From the NCBI RefSeq assembly GCF_009914755.1, contig NC_060936.1: DNA of 64,000 bases; one strand, given 5' to 3'. A model generated the notes under the pieces. That model was not told the DNA's origin. It did not search any database and saw only the letters and a list, made by a program, of their open reading frames with translations. Below, piece after piece: positions 1-14,668 of this stretch. The translations under genes and the position numbers were made by a program. The stretch comes from the human T2T-CHM13v2.0 reference genome, Homo sapiens. The stretch's first letter is position 1; the number at the start of each line of letters is the position of its first letter.

Positions 1-197
1 CGTCCCTCACCAGATCAGGACCAAACACGTGCTGTGTTCCACGCCAGTCCTAATAGAAGTCCCAAGGGCTTAGGATTCATAGAATCTGTGGCTGCACTGG
101 TCATCTCATGAGAATGAGCTCGTCTTTACTCCAAGCGGTTTGGAAAACAGAATACACCTAGTGTTTCCAGCCAGACAGGGTGGACCGCTGCCAGTGA

Positions 198-525
<328 letters not shown>

Positions 526-554
526 TCTTTGTGGGGTTTTTGTTCCAGGGTTGC

Positions 555-882
555 TGCTATGGCCTGAGTGTGTGCATCCCTCCAGATTCCTATGTTGAAA
601 CCTGTTCCCCAGTGTGAGGGTATTAGGAGGTGGGGCCTTTGGGGGTGATTCAGATATGAGGGCAGATTTGTGCCCATTAGGGAGGCCCCGGAGAGCTGCC
701 TCGCCCCTTCCACCAAGCGAGGACCTGGCGAGCATCTGGATGGGAAGCAGGCCTCGCAGACACCCATCTTTCCCGCACCTCAGTGTTGGCTTCCACCCTC
801 TGGAACCATGAGCAGCACATTTCTGTTGTTCGTCAGCCTCTGCTTTATGGTATTTTGCAATAGCAGCTCACATGGACTAAGC
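555..882 (+). mobile_element. MaLR solo LTR (MSTD/MLT1A-like)
   Basis: tgctatggcctgagtgtg...ggtattttgcaatagcagc...ggactaag termini. Confidence 0.75.
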
Positions 883-1283
883 TGCCTGGTCTGCAGCGTT
901 AAATAAAGTCTGTGTGGCTGCACTGGTCATCTCATGAGAAAGAGCTTGCACTGACTCCAAGCAGTTTGGAAAACAAAACGCACTTAGCGTTTCCAGCCAG
1001 ATGGGGTGTACCATTGGCAGTGATGACTCCGTTTCTTCAGGGGTGTTCTGTTTCCGGTCCCTAAAGCAGCAGTGTCCCTGAAAATCTGAGTGAAGCGAAC
1101 TCTACACAACTGCCAGGCACCTTGTCTGTTTTGTGGTTCTTTCTTATATAGTTTTTTGTAGTTCCCTAGGGACCCCAAAAAAGCATGACATGGGAGTTAC
1201 AAGCTTTTCTCAGTATTTTCAAAGGCTTTTGGAAATATTTACCTGGAAAGGGCCACAAAAGGTATTAAAAATGTCAAGGGCTA

Positions 1284-1653
<370 letters not shown>

Positions 1654-2602
1654 TTACGCTTAAATGTGGCAGTTTGTTAACATACACCCACATATATGCA
1701 TGCACACACACACCTTAAGTGCTAGCATTGTAGTAGTAACAAGATAATTCCCAGTGTGCTAATTCATGTTAAGTCCCATAGAGGTATGGTTATTATTATT
1801 ACTTTTTAAAATTATCTTGTCATTTTTCTGTTTGAAGAACATTGAAAGAAAAACTTCTAGTTTGATGCTAAAATTCTGGCTAATCAAGAGAGAAGGCCTC
1901 AGACTGGGAGCCATGAGCAGGCAACAACAGTATCTAGAAGGCATTTAATAATGTGGTTTTCTTTTTCATTGTTTTCATTCTGATGATCACATCTCAGGTA
2001 CAGTGCTTGATACCAGCTTTCCAATTATGAAAATTGCCTTTCAAAATAAATTGACTTCACAAAAAGTATAAGCAGTGGTGCAGATGGCATGCAGATATGA
2101 AAAACGGTGCAAGTGCATGCGACTAGCCAAAGTTTGGGAAAGAGTTCTGTACAGCATTAGCGTGTGGGATGGAAGAAATACTTAAAAAGAACCCCTGCTG
2201 GAGATGATCATCCACAAACACTGAACTGACGATCATCTGGTCGCAATGTCTGGCTTTTTCTGGATCAGGAAGCTGGTACGGGGGGCAAACGCAGGGGCAC
2301 ACAGATAGCACTAGGTATGTGACAGAGCCCTCTTCCAGAGAAGTAAAGACTCTGGGCGCGTGTAAGCTGATTGCAGAGGCGGGAGAAGAGAGAGCTGCTA
2401 GAACAAAGGATGCTGCCTGGATTGATCTGTCCTCTTTAACTCAGCTGCCTGCCGGTGAGGGAGCAGGTGCCATTTGTTTCTTAATGGCTTCTTAAGTAAT
2501 AGTCTTTTAGGAGAGACGACCGTTGTTGCTGCTGTTGTTTTCATATGAAGCAATCAGAAATGTTTTTCACCTCCCGGAGGAAATACGTCTCTTCTACCAC
2601 CC

Positions 2603-3285
<683 letters not shown>

Positions 3286-3507
3286 TGAGTGTAAAAAGTG
3301 TTTGTCTTCCCTCCTAAAGTGTCTGTTAGGAATCTTGTCCCTGCAGGGCCGGGAGCTGACTCTGCAGGAGAAGCCACAAGTCCAGAGGCCTCCTCTTTTT
3401 ATTTGAAGGGGTGAATGTGTGTGGTTTTTTAATTAAAAATAATGTCAGTGAAATGCCTTTAGTTTTAAGTGCTGGGAACTAAACACTGTGTTCATGTGAG
3501 GATATGT

Positions 3508-3524
3508 GCACACACACGCACGCA

Positions 3525-3563
<39 letters not shown>
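3508..3563. repeat. (CA)n microsatellite
   Basis: Direct observation. Confidence 0.95.
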
Positions 3564-3565
<2 letters not shown>

Positions 3566-4390
3566 CGTTGGCCTTGTATGTCCTACAAAATGCATCTCTG
3601 TATTTTCTTTGCTTTCCTAATTCTGGAAGGAGGTCATCGCGAAATGGGTTTGAGCAAGGATCGCCATGGCTTTGCCTGTTGAGGAGTTGACTAGGACTTG
3701 ACATTGCAGGATTAGGGAACAGTCGGGGGCGTGGGGCTGCATGAAGGTGCTGCCGGCTCCTGGCCGCGATGGAAAGCCCCGTCTGGGGAAGCTTTAGCTC
3801 CTCCTTGATTTCCAGAGATCCCCCCTCTCCATTTCCAAGCTAGTCCAACACATCTGTAACATACCTGATGACAACATACGTGGTAGGCAAGTACGGGTCC
3901 CAGATGAGTCCCCTAGAGCTCACACCCCAACTGGATCGCCGTCCCTGAAACCCCCATGTCCCCGTCTGGAGCTGCACGTCCAGCCCAGCACGTTAGTTGG
4001 CTTGGGTGGAGCAGAGAACACAAAGTAATGAGAGGAAAGGGTAGCTGGGAGAGGCGGCCCTGCAGCAGAGTGTCCGGGACCCTGGTGGGAAGGACTGTGG
4101 TCTGAGAGTTTTTTAAATTCGTCGCCATCAATTATTAAGAATTCTAAAGCACCTCTTTCACGAGGCACTTTGCTGTCTATAATTAAAGCAGCCCTAGGCA
4201 ATGGAAAAGTGCACCCTTTGGTTATGGATTTGTTGTTTCAGCAAACAGGTCATGAGCGCCAGGTCTGTGCCTGTTGACACGCAGCCCCGAGCTGTCCTGG
4301 GATTTGCTGAAACCGCGGCTCCCACATCCAATCGCGGTTTGCAGCGAGGCCGCCGGTCTTCAGCCTCGGGGGGCCTTTAGCAGAGGCGAA

Positions 4391-4450
4391 GGCTCTGGGC
4401 ACGACCCTGGTTTAAGATCCGGCTCTGGGCACGACCCTGGTTTAAGATCC
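4391..4450. repeat. Perfect 30-bp tandem duplication
   Basis: ggctctgggcacgaccctggtttaagatcc x2. Confidence 0.95.
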
Positions 4451-4854
4451 CTGCCTCGTCGAAGGTCCTCCATATCTAAGGGAAAAGCAATAGCCACCGC
4501 CACAAAACCTTGACGCCATCTCAGTGGATGAAATAATTTGAGTTTCTACGTTTCTAAGGTCTCGCGGAGTCTAAGAAATTACAAGCCCCTTCCAACAACT
4601 TATTTATTCTGGACTCCCCCGGTCCCACTGAAGCCTCACAGCGTGGGGGGCCTCTGGGCAGGTGTTTCAGTGCCTCGTGCTGCAGATAGGCTGGTGTCTT
4701 CGCTTGTTGTTTGTTTTTTAACCGTAAGCAGGAAACCACTCCTCTCCGGGAGAGAGAGCTTTTTAGGACGTGGGGAAGCCCTGTTTCCTAAAAGCCCTGT
4801 TTATCAGTGTCCATGTGTCAATGCTTTACCAAGGCCAGTTTCCAGTTCCTCAGC

Positions 4855-5104
4855 CGACGTCACTGAACACAGGGTGCGGAAGCGATGCGGGTAGACGCAG
4901 GCGGCGCCCGTGCGCAGGCGGAGCCGAGTCCCGCGCATTTCACACGGGAAGCCGCCATAGGCGCACACGCATGCGCACGTCAGAAACAAGCTCTATTGAA
5001 CAATACGCTTTCTTTTACTTCATGCAGTTCATGCATTCTGATTTTTTAAAAACTGTCCCGGGCTGCCCTTTGGGATGATATGCTGTTCTATTCTACGCCA
5101 TTTT
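4855..5104. promoter_or_regulatory. CpG-dense intronic element with NRF1/YY1/ETS/CRE-like motifs
   Basis: About 20 CpG in 4855-4980. TGCGCAGGCG 4911, CGCATGCGCA 4968, GCCGCCAT 4951, CGCCATTTT 5096, GCGGAAG 4876, GACGTCA 4856. Confidence 0.5.
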
Positions 5105-5821
5105 GAGAAATGCTTGTTTTTTATTTTACCCCAAAATTGATTTTATAATTTGCTACTTAGGGTGTAGTTTGAAAAGCTGTGACTTGGGTGACCCCGGATG
5201 GAGGGTCTGTGTGTGGGTCCGTGGGTGTGTTGGACTCTGGTTAGGGCCAGTGCACTTACTGCTTCCTTGGGGTGAAATTCTCTCTCTGCAGACCTCAGTC
5301 TGGCTCAGATGCCACCCTCTCAGACACCCTTCCCCTAACCACCCAACTGAAACTCCCTCTCTTCCATCATCATTATAACATTTCCAAACATCGACTGCTT
5401 TTCAGAGTCAAGTATTCAATTTAATTACACTTCTGAATACAGAACTAGGAGGGGACTAAGGCGATTTCATGCTTGAAGTTGACTATTTCCTGCAGTGTGA
5501 CTAGGGCACGTGCTGAAGATTGGGAGATGGATCTGAGAAGTGGGCGAGAGGTCAAGTCTTGGGACACATTAAAATTCTTATTGGAAAGACTATGGCATAC
5601 AACAGATTTAACACCCTGAATCTCACCACTATTCGTGACATCCGACGGGAGTGCACTCTGCTTCAGCCCATGTCTTTCTCTGTTAACTGCAAAGCTCAAT
5701 GAATGAACACACCCTTTAGGTATCAGCTAGACACTTTGGAGGGCTGGAGCTTTTCTAGGTCACGTTCAGTGCCTCTTAGTACAAAACCACATTGACTTAC
5801 TGTGTCTTCAAAGAGACAGTC

Positions 5822-6117
5822 TTTTTTTTTTTTTTTTTTTTTTTTAGATGGAGTGTTGCTCTGTTGCCCAGGCTGGATTGAAGTGGCACGATCTCGGCTC
5901 ACTGCAACCTCCACCCCCTGGGTTCAAACGATTCTCCTTCCAAGTAGCTGGGATTATAGGCACGTGCCACCACACCTGGCTAATATTTGTATTTTTAGTA
6001 GAGACGGGGTTTTGCCATGTTGGCCAGGCTGGTCTCGAACTCCTGACTTCAGGTGATCCACCCGCCTCGGCCTCCCAAAGTGTTAGGATTACAGGCGTGA
6101 GCCACTGCGCCCGGCCA
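5822..6117 (-). mobile_element. AluSx-like
   Basis: Alu dimer with a small internal deletion. Confidence 0.9.
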
Positions 6118-6460
6118 GCTCAGTCTATTTTTAGGAGGCAATGGCAGTGCATCTATGCAGTGTTTCCCTCTTGTCCATTTCTCTCCTTGAAGCCCTAGTT
6201 CGCAGGAGGTCCCAATGAAGAAACCACACCAGCTCAGTCCTGAGCCTCCACCCCAGGCATCAGAAACCACCTCTGGCCCAACGCCAGCCAAAAGTTATTG
6301 ATTAGAAGAAGACAAGGTCTCACTAAGAGAATTCCTGGGCAGGCTGGCGAGCCAGCTTGGATTTAGGCAGAACCAAGACATTCCAGAGGCCAGGATGTCG
6401 CGTCAAGAAGCCCTTCATTCAAGGCTTCACACCTGAGAAAATGAGCCCCACCCATGCCTC

Positions 6461-6638
6461 AGTCTCTGTCATTCTCTTCAAGGACGGGGTCCAGGACAGG
6501 GTCCTGGAAGTCTCTGTCATTCTCTTCAAGGATGGGGTCCAGGTCAGGGTCCTGGAAGTCTCTGTCATTCTCTTCAAGGACGGGGTCCAGGACAGGGTCC
6601 TGGAAGTCTCTGTCATTCTCTTCAAGGACGGGGTCCAG
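6461..6638. repeat. Minisatellite, 48-bp unit, ~3.7 copies
   Basis: Unit agtctctgtcattctcttcaaggacggggtccaggacagggtcctgga. Confidence 0.95.
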
Positions 6639-6857
6639 GAAGAGGGCACTGAATTGTCCCCGCCTGGGTCATAGCCCACCCTTTTGTGAGCCTGGAACAG
6701 GACAGGCTGGAAATGCTTCAGCAGAAGCAAGTACAGGCGGGGTGCGGGCTGTGTGGACTTTTGCACTGGCCATTTCTGGGCGCAGCCAGGAGGCAGTTGA
6801 TATTCAAAGCAGTTTTCTTTGAATATCATCTCTCTGCTTTTTAATTTGCATTTTCTA

Positions 6858-7386
<529 letters not shown>

Positions 7387-7769
7387 CACTGTTTTAGTTT
7401 TTAGGTGCCGTACACATGCTCATTTTTGTGGTAATTCTTAGCAAGAACTTTTTAAAAAGATGGGTTGTAGTCCCGTACGAAATCCACGCAATCATTCAAT
7501 GCTAACCGCTGGCAAGTTAGTTAACACCCCTAGACCACAACCACATGGCTTTGTAGTAGAGTGGTCACACGCATGTCGTGGATTCTGGATCCAGCTACCT
7601 GGGTGCGCAGGACTTAACTGCTCTGTCCCTCAGTTTCCCCATCTATAAAATGGGGACGACTGAGCTAATACTACCTGCCTCACAGTTTGCAGCGGGGATT
7701 CGATGAGTGAACACTTGGACGGTGCCTGGAATAGTGCCTGGTTCCTAGGCAGCATCCTGTGAGTGTTAA

Positions 7770-8077
<308 letters not shown>

Positions 8078-9230
8078 ATAAAATATCTTTTCATGCTGAT
8101 GTTACCTTTCTGCTTTGACATGCTGAGATTCTGTTTTAGCTGCAGGATGGTTTGAGCGTGGCTTTGGTTTTCTATTAAAGCTTCTTTGATCTCTTAGCTC
8201 AACCGTTTCAACGAAGCATATGGTCTCTGCTTGCAGGCGATCATATGTGGGTGCATTTTCTGGTGCTCTTTGATAAGGAGTGGGGTATGCACATTTGGTT
8301 TGAGCATGACAGCTTAATGACTTTCCACAATAACTTCTTATATCGAAGATTACTTCCCTTAAGCCTAGGAGTTGTAACAAGGTATTTTGCTAGAAAATAA
8401 ATAAGCTTGGAAGGAGGAAATGAGAATTTTCATTGTGGCTTGCGATGCTTTTGCCCTTTAAAATTTCATGACATGTGCTTTCATTAAATAAAAATATCCC
8501 CCCTTCTTTTTCTCTTTATCTTGCACTTTGTTCCACGTGGCTTCACTAAGAGATTTGAAAGTGAACTGATGTGGAAGGTAAATCCAGAAAAATTTAATGC
8601 AGTTTTTAGTTTCAACTTGAAAGTTGCTGTTATGCCTTAAGTTTTAGATAAAGTGTTTTTGTGGTCTTATAAAATTTGATTTCTTTCCTTGATAAATTAT
8701 TTTTCCTTAGTTATTCATGAGAGCAGAGGCATGCTAATAAAATTAAAAGTAAGAGAAATTCCTAACTAAAAATACTCATAAAATGTGATTTTGAAAATTA
8801 ATATGTAGAGCCCAAAAAAGGCTTTCATTGGACTGTGTACTTTTTCATGATAAGATGTTAGGGTTAAAGGATAATTCAGTTGTTTAGGATAATTCGAGCA
8901 AAAGGCATCAGAAATGGGAAATGGAAAGGTGGGGTCTGCTGCAAATCATTCTTTTTGCAGATCTTATGAGCATAGAACTATATGCAGGGCCCTGTGCATG
9001 GCCTTGGGAGGGACATGGAGATAGGAGGAGAAGGTGGGCAAGTATCAAAAGACGTTGGCCCCTGTGGTAGGAGGTGTTACCATAGCGTGGGGTGGAGATG
9101 TTACTTCTGGACAGGGTGATGGGAAAGTGTCTCAGAGAGGGGGCATTGCCTGCATCTCAGAGGATGAATAGGTTTTGGGGACAGAGGATGACATTCCTGG
9201 TAGAGAGAATGCAGGGACACAGATAGACAC

Positions 9231-9582
9231 TGATATGGTTTGGCTGTGTCCCCACCCAAATCTCATCTTCAGTTGCAATCCCGTGATCTCCACGTGTCAT
9301 GGGAGGTAGTTTAATCATGGGGGTGGTTACCCTCACGCTGGTTTTTGTGATAGTAAGTTCTCGGGATCTGATGGTTTTATAAGGGGCTTCCCCCTTCACT
9401 CTGCACTTCTCCTTGCTGCTGCCATGTGAAGAAAGACGTGTTTGCTTCCCTTCCACCATGATTGTAAGTTTCCAGAGGCCTCCCCAGCCCTTTGGAGCTG
9501 TGAGTCAAGTAAACCTCTTTCCTTTGTAAATGATGCAGTCTTGGATGTGTCTTTATTAACAGTGCGAGAACAGACGAATACG
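9231..9582 (+). mobile_element. THE1-type MaLR solo LTR
   Basis: tgatatggtttggctgtgtccccacccaaatctcatc start; 5-bp TSD GACAC at 9226-9230 and 9583-9587. Confidence 0.88.
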
Positions 9583-9684
9583 GACACGGTTGGGGTATAG
9601 TGGATAAATTAATAAGTAGGTAGGCTTTCCAGAATCGACGTAAGCTTATGAACTATATCTGAGGAAATACTTTGGACAGAAACT

Positions 9685-9930
9685 AGAGAGGCAGCAGAGC
9701 ATAGTTTTACAAATTCAGCCCCAGGAGTCAGCCTGAATGTGAATACTGGCTCAGCAACTTTCTAGCTGTGTGATCCTGGTTAAGTTATAGAACTCTCTGA
9801 GCTTCAGTGTCTTCATTTGTAAAAGGCGGGTAATGATAACCAGGTTGTTGGAAGAAATAAGCTAATGCATGTAAAGGACTTAGCATATGTTCTGCACAGA
9901 GTAGGTGGCCGAGAAGTATTAACTATTAAT
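9685..9930 (+). mobile_element. MIR
   Basis: Core ctgtgtgatcctggttaagttatagaactctctgagcttcagtgtcttcatttgtaaaa. Confidence 0.75.
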
Positions 9931-10903
9931 GGCAACAACAGCAATAAACAAAAAAATTGTGTATGGCTATAATTTTTCTCTTGAAATAGATTTCTAGGAA
10001 TTCTTTTAAATTTTCTTATGCATCCAAATTGGCTGAAGGCTAACAGCAAATTTTCAGTGACTTAGTGACCTCAGGGATGTCAACGAGCTTAACATTACCA
10101 ATCCTTTGCGTTAAATCTCAGGCTTTCTGGTCATCTGAAGGAGCTGGGGTTTAATACACACGTGAAACATCTCCTTGCCAGAAGAAATGGAAATAAAGTT
10201 TCTAGAAAGCAGCGTTATTTCAGTTAGTGTTATAAACTGTTGGGATATCATCATATTCTTCAAACCAACTTGGTTTGTAACTCATAATGCCTACTGGTAA
10301 AGTGTAAATGAGAATAGAAATTGAATATGCCTTCACTCCCGGCTCATCAGGAGTAGCAGCTGGGAAGAAACTGCAGGCATAGCATTAGCAAAATGTGTTT
10401 AGACCCTCTGCCTGTATCTTTGAATAAATGCTTAGAATTTTGTGTTACACTTGCATATATTTAGGAATTTTTTTCAGTATTTTAAAATTCTATTCATTGT
10501 CGATAAGACCAGGAGAGGCATGGGTGTTGGTTGTTTTGTTGAAGACTTTGCTGTTGGATGAGCCAGATATGATAACTGTATTCTGCAGCTTTGTCCTGAG
10601 TGGGCTGGAAAAGGTGAAACAGCACCCTAGGAAGGTCCTCTCAGCACCTCAGTAAGCAAACTTACCTGAGGCCAGGTTGTTGCACAAGACGAGATCATTG
10701 CACAAGACGAGGTTGCATAAGATGATGTCGTGTCACGGTGAGGTTTCTGCTGGTGAGGAGTGTGGCTGCTGCCCCTGGGAATCCAGGGGTTCCTTTCAGG
10801 CAATCAGGGAGCTTCTCTCTACCTCCCAGTTCTGGAGTTTTCAGAAGTGTGGCAGTGTCACTTAATCTCAGATGTGTACTTAATCTCAAAAGTACACATT
10901 TGA

Positions 10904-11040
10904 GGCCGGGTGCAGCAGCTCATACCTGTAATCCTAGCACTTTGGGAGGCCAAGGTGGGCGGATCACTTAAGGTCAGGAGTTCGAGACCAGCCTGGCCAA
11001 TATGGCGAAACCCTGTCTCTACTAAAAAAAAAAAAAAAAA
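10904..11040 (+). mobile_element. AluS left monomer only, with 16-bp TSD
   Basis: Ends at the middle A-tract; TSD aaaagtacacatttga at 10888-10903 and 11037-11052. Confidence 0.85.
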
Positions 11041-11062
11041 GTACACATTTGAGATTAAGCTC

Positions 11063-11172
11063 AGCCGGGCACAGTGGCTCATGCTTGTAATCCCAGCACT
11101 TTGGGAGGCCGAGGCAGGAGGATCACTTGAGCCCAGGAGTTCGAGACCAGCCTGGGCCACATTGTGAGACCC
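11063..11172 (+). mobile_element. FLAM/AluJ monomer interrupted by an MST LTR
   Basis: gagcccaggagttc diagnostics; continues after 11568. Confidence 0.75.
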
Positions 11173-11568
11173 TGTGTTAGTTCTCCCACTGCTATAAAGA
11201 ACTACCTGAGACTGGAGAATTTATAAAGAAAACAGGTTTAATTGGCTCAAGTTCCTCAGGCTGTATAAGAAGCACAGCCAGGGAATGCCTCAGGAAACTT
11301 TCAATCACAGTGGAAGGCGAAGGGGAAGTAGGCGCGTCTTACATGTCTGGGTCAGGAGGAAAAGCGCGAGGCTGGAGGTGCCACACACATTTAAACAGCC
11401 AAATCTCCTGAGAACTCCATCGCGAGACAACACTGGGGGATGTTGCCAAATTGTTAGAAACCCCCCCCCCCCGCCGATCCAATCACCTCCTACCAGGCCC
11501 CACCTCCAACAATGGGGATTACAATTTAACAGGAGATTTGGGTGGGGACACAGATCCAAACCATATCA
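11173..11568 (-). mobile_element. MSTA-like MaLR solo LTR
   Basis: tgtgttag...cagatccaaaccatatca; 5-bp TSD GACCC on both sides. Confidence 0.85.
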
Positions 11569-11648
11569 GACCCCATTTTTAATATATATATATATATCTT
11601 ATATATGTACACACATATGTGTGCATATATAAGATTAAGCTTATAGAT

Positions 11649-11797
11649 TATTTTGTATTGGTGGTGCCGTCTGTAGCTCTCAATAGATGTATTTTGTATT
11701 GTATTGTAGCTCTCAACAGATGTATTTTGTATTGGTGGTGGGATCTGTATTGGTATTGTATTGGTATTTTGTATTGGTGGTGTCGTCTGTAGCTCTC
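11649..11797. repeat. Degenerate ~40-bp tandem repeat
   Basis: Variants of tattttgtattggtggtgccgtctgtagctctca. Confidence 0.75.
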
Positions 11798-12404
11798 ATC
11801 GTTATTTTCTTCTAGCATTTTTCTAATAAGACTTCGACATTTGACTTTTTTCTTCTGCAACACATATAGCAGTTACTGTGTCCCAGGCACAGTTCTAACA
11901 GCAACCAGAGAGGCAGCAGAGCATAGTTTTACGAATTCAGCCCCTGGGGTCAGGCTGAATGTGAATACAGGCTCAGCGCTTCATGTCTTCTCAGTCATTT
12001 ACTCCTCCGAGCAATCCCAAGGTGCTAGAGTTCTCATTGGACAGACGAGCAAACTGACACGCAGAGAGGTCCGTTAATGTGCATGAGGCTAGTTTGGTGC
12101 CTGGGTGGCCTGACCCTGGCCCTCTGTATCCGGAGTCCCCTCAGTCTGGTGCTGCCTCTTTCTGGCCTCCACACATCCACTACGAGTTTGCTTAAAAACT
12201 TCTGGCCTGTCTTTGAGGAGCGATAAGTTTGAACATGTTGCTATTAATTTTTGCATGAATTCAACAAGTGTGTTATTAGCCTTCAGGAATGCAACAGGAC
12301 GGAAATAGTCCCTGCCCCAAAGCACCTGTTCCTTCCAGATGCAAAGCAGGAGTCAAGTCGGGACTGGAGGATGTTAGGTTGTGACTAATGAAAAGGCTGC
12401 CCCT

Positions 12405-12860
12405 GGCCTTTAAAAAGTTGAGGTGGAATTCACATGCCACGAAATTCACCATTTTAGAGGGTACAAGCCAGTGGGTTTTAGTCTATTCACAAAGTTGTGC
12501 AACCATCACACCTATCTCATTCCTGAATATTTTTTCTCTCCCCAAGAGGATACCCTCTATCCACTAAGCAGTCACTTCCCATTTCCGCCTCACCCCAATA
12601 ACCCCTAATTAGATCCTGAGTGACCCCTGGGTAACCACCAATCTACTTTCTGTCTCTGTGATTTGCCTGCTTTGGCCATTTCATAGACATGGAATCATAC
12701 ACTCTGTGGTCTTTCCTGTCTGGTGTAACTCACGTGGCATCGTGTTTTCCAAGCTCACCCTTGTTGCTGCCTAAGTTGGCACTTCCTTGTCACGGCTGAG
12801 TGGCACTCCTTTGTATGGATTGGCACATCACGTCTACTCATTCATCAGCTGATGATCAGG
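12405..12860 (-). mobile_element. Old L1 (L1MB/ME) 3' fragment
   Basis: agtctattcacaaagttgtgcaaccatcac...ccaatctactttctgtctctgtg. Confidence 0.7.
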
Positions 12861-13118
12861 TCCTGGCCTTTCAAACTGTTTCTGCGAAGTCATCCTGTTA
12901 AAAAATATTTTGATATGGTCAGACCTTTGGTCATAGACTTACTAAGGATTCCAACCTATTCTGCCTGAATGATTTTATGACAAAATCCTTCTGCATCATT
13001 TAAGCAACACTTCCACTGCAATATTGGGTGGTTGTCAAATTGTCCCATTTCTGGAAACGACTCTGTCTCAAGACCTTAAGTTGGCTGAAGGGTTCTCACT
13101 CACCACACTCAGGTGTAG

Positions 13119-13512
<394 letters not shown>

Positions 13513-14353
13513 TCTCTCTCTCTCTCTCTTTTTTTTTTTTTTTTTTTTTTTTACTATTATTGTTTTTATTATTTAATAGCTGGGCTCATAGTACCATTTC
13601 CTACTTATTTTTTTCCCTCTCTGAATTGTTGAGTCTGGCTCTGCTGCCATTTGATGTAATTCCTGGAGACTTAGCTTCATTTCAGGCTTTTGCTAACATG
13701 TGTCTTCTTTTTTTTTTTTCCACTGTTTTAAGGTCATTTATTAGAACACAGTCATTCAGAAGCCACTGAGACATCAGGCAGCAGGAAGGAAGGTGGGGTG
13801 GAGCAGGCCCTGTGAAGGACCAAGGACAAAGTAATAGCCTCAGTTATGAAATTTCATTTTATTCTGATAAAGACTAATGTATGCCTGATAACCTAGTGAT
13901 AATCCACAAGTTTGGTAGTTCACAACATTTTTAGAAAGCACGTACGATTAACATTTAAATAAGGCATTATAGAAAGTTTTATAAAGAATGAAGTGTGTAC
14001 TATAATTCTTTTAAGAAACTTTGGTTCATCTTGAAAGATCAATGAATTTTTAAAATATCAGAAGAAAAGGAAAATAAATTTTTTTCCCCAAAAATACATA
14101 AGAACTGCTTACTGGCACTTGTATTTTAAGTACCTGGGGAAAAAATGGAAAAGATTTTTAAAGGCAATTAATAACAGCTTGTACGAGGGCTTGTTTCATT
14201 TGTTCTGGCACCAAGTAAAGAGTAAATACGCCATGGAAGACGCCATCAGGTTTTCCGTCCACCTCTCCTACTGCCCCACTTCTCCCAGACCACACAGCAC
14301 ATCAGCAGCCATCCTTGCTGCCCCACTCAGGAATCACTTTAGATTCCAATTTT

Positions 14354-14668
14354 CTTTGTTTGTTTGTTTTTGTTTTTTGTTTTTTTTTTTGAGACAGAGT
14401 CTCGCTCTGCCCCCCAGGCTGGAGTGCGGTGGCACGATCTAGGCTCACTGCAACATCCACCTTCCGGGTTCAAGTGATTCCCCTGCCTCAGCCTCCTGAT
14501 TAGCTGGGGCTACAGGCGCGCCATCCAGCCCGAGTAATTTTTTGTATTTTAGTAGAGACGGGGTTTCACCATGTTGGCCAGGATAGTCTCGATCTCCTGA
14601 CCTCATGATCCACCCGCCTCGGCCTCCCAGAGTGCTGGGATTATAGGCGTGAGCCACCACGCCCGGCC
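14354..14668 (-). mobile_element. Alu (AluSc-like) in the AK3 pseudogene 3' UTR
   Basis: Full dimer; TSD tagattccaatttt / tagattccagtttt. Confidence 0.9.

Noticed and set aside
6357-6829. Repetitive ORFs on both strands and a CRISPR-like look (palindromic repeats)
   Set aside because: Units are contiguous with no unique spacers and there are no cas genes; this is primate DNA. The ORFs arise from a stop-poor 48-bp unit.
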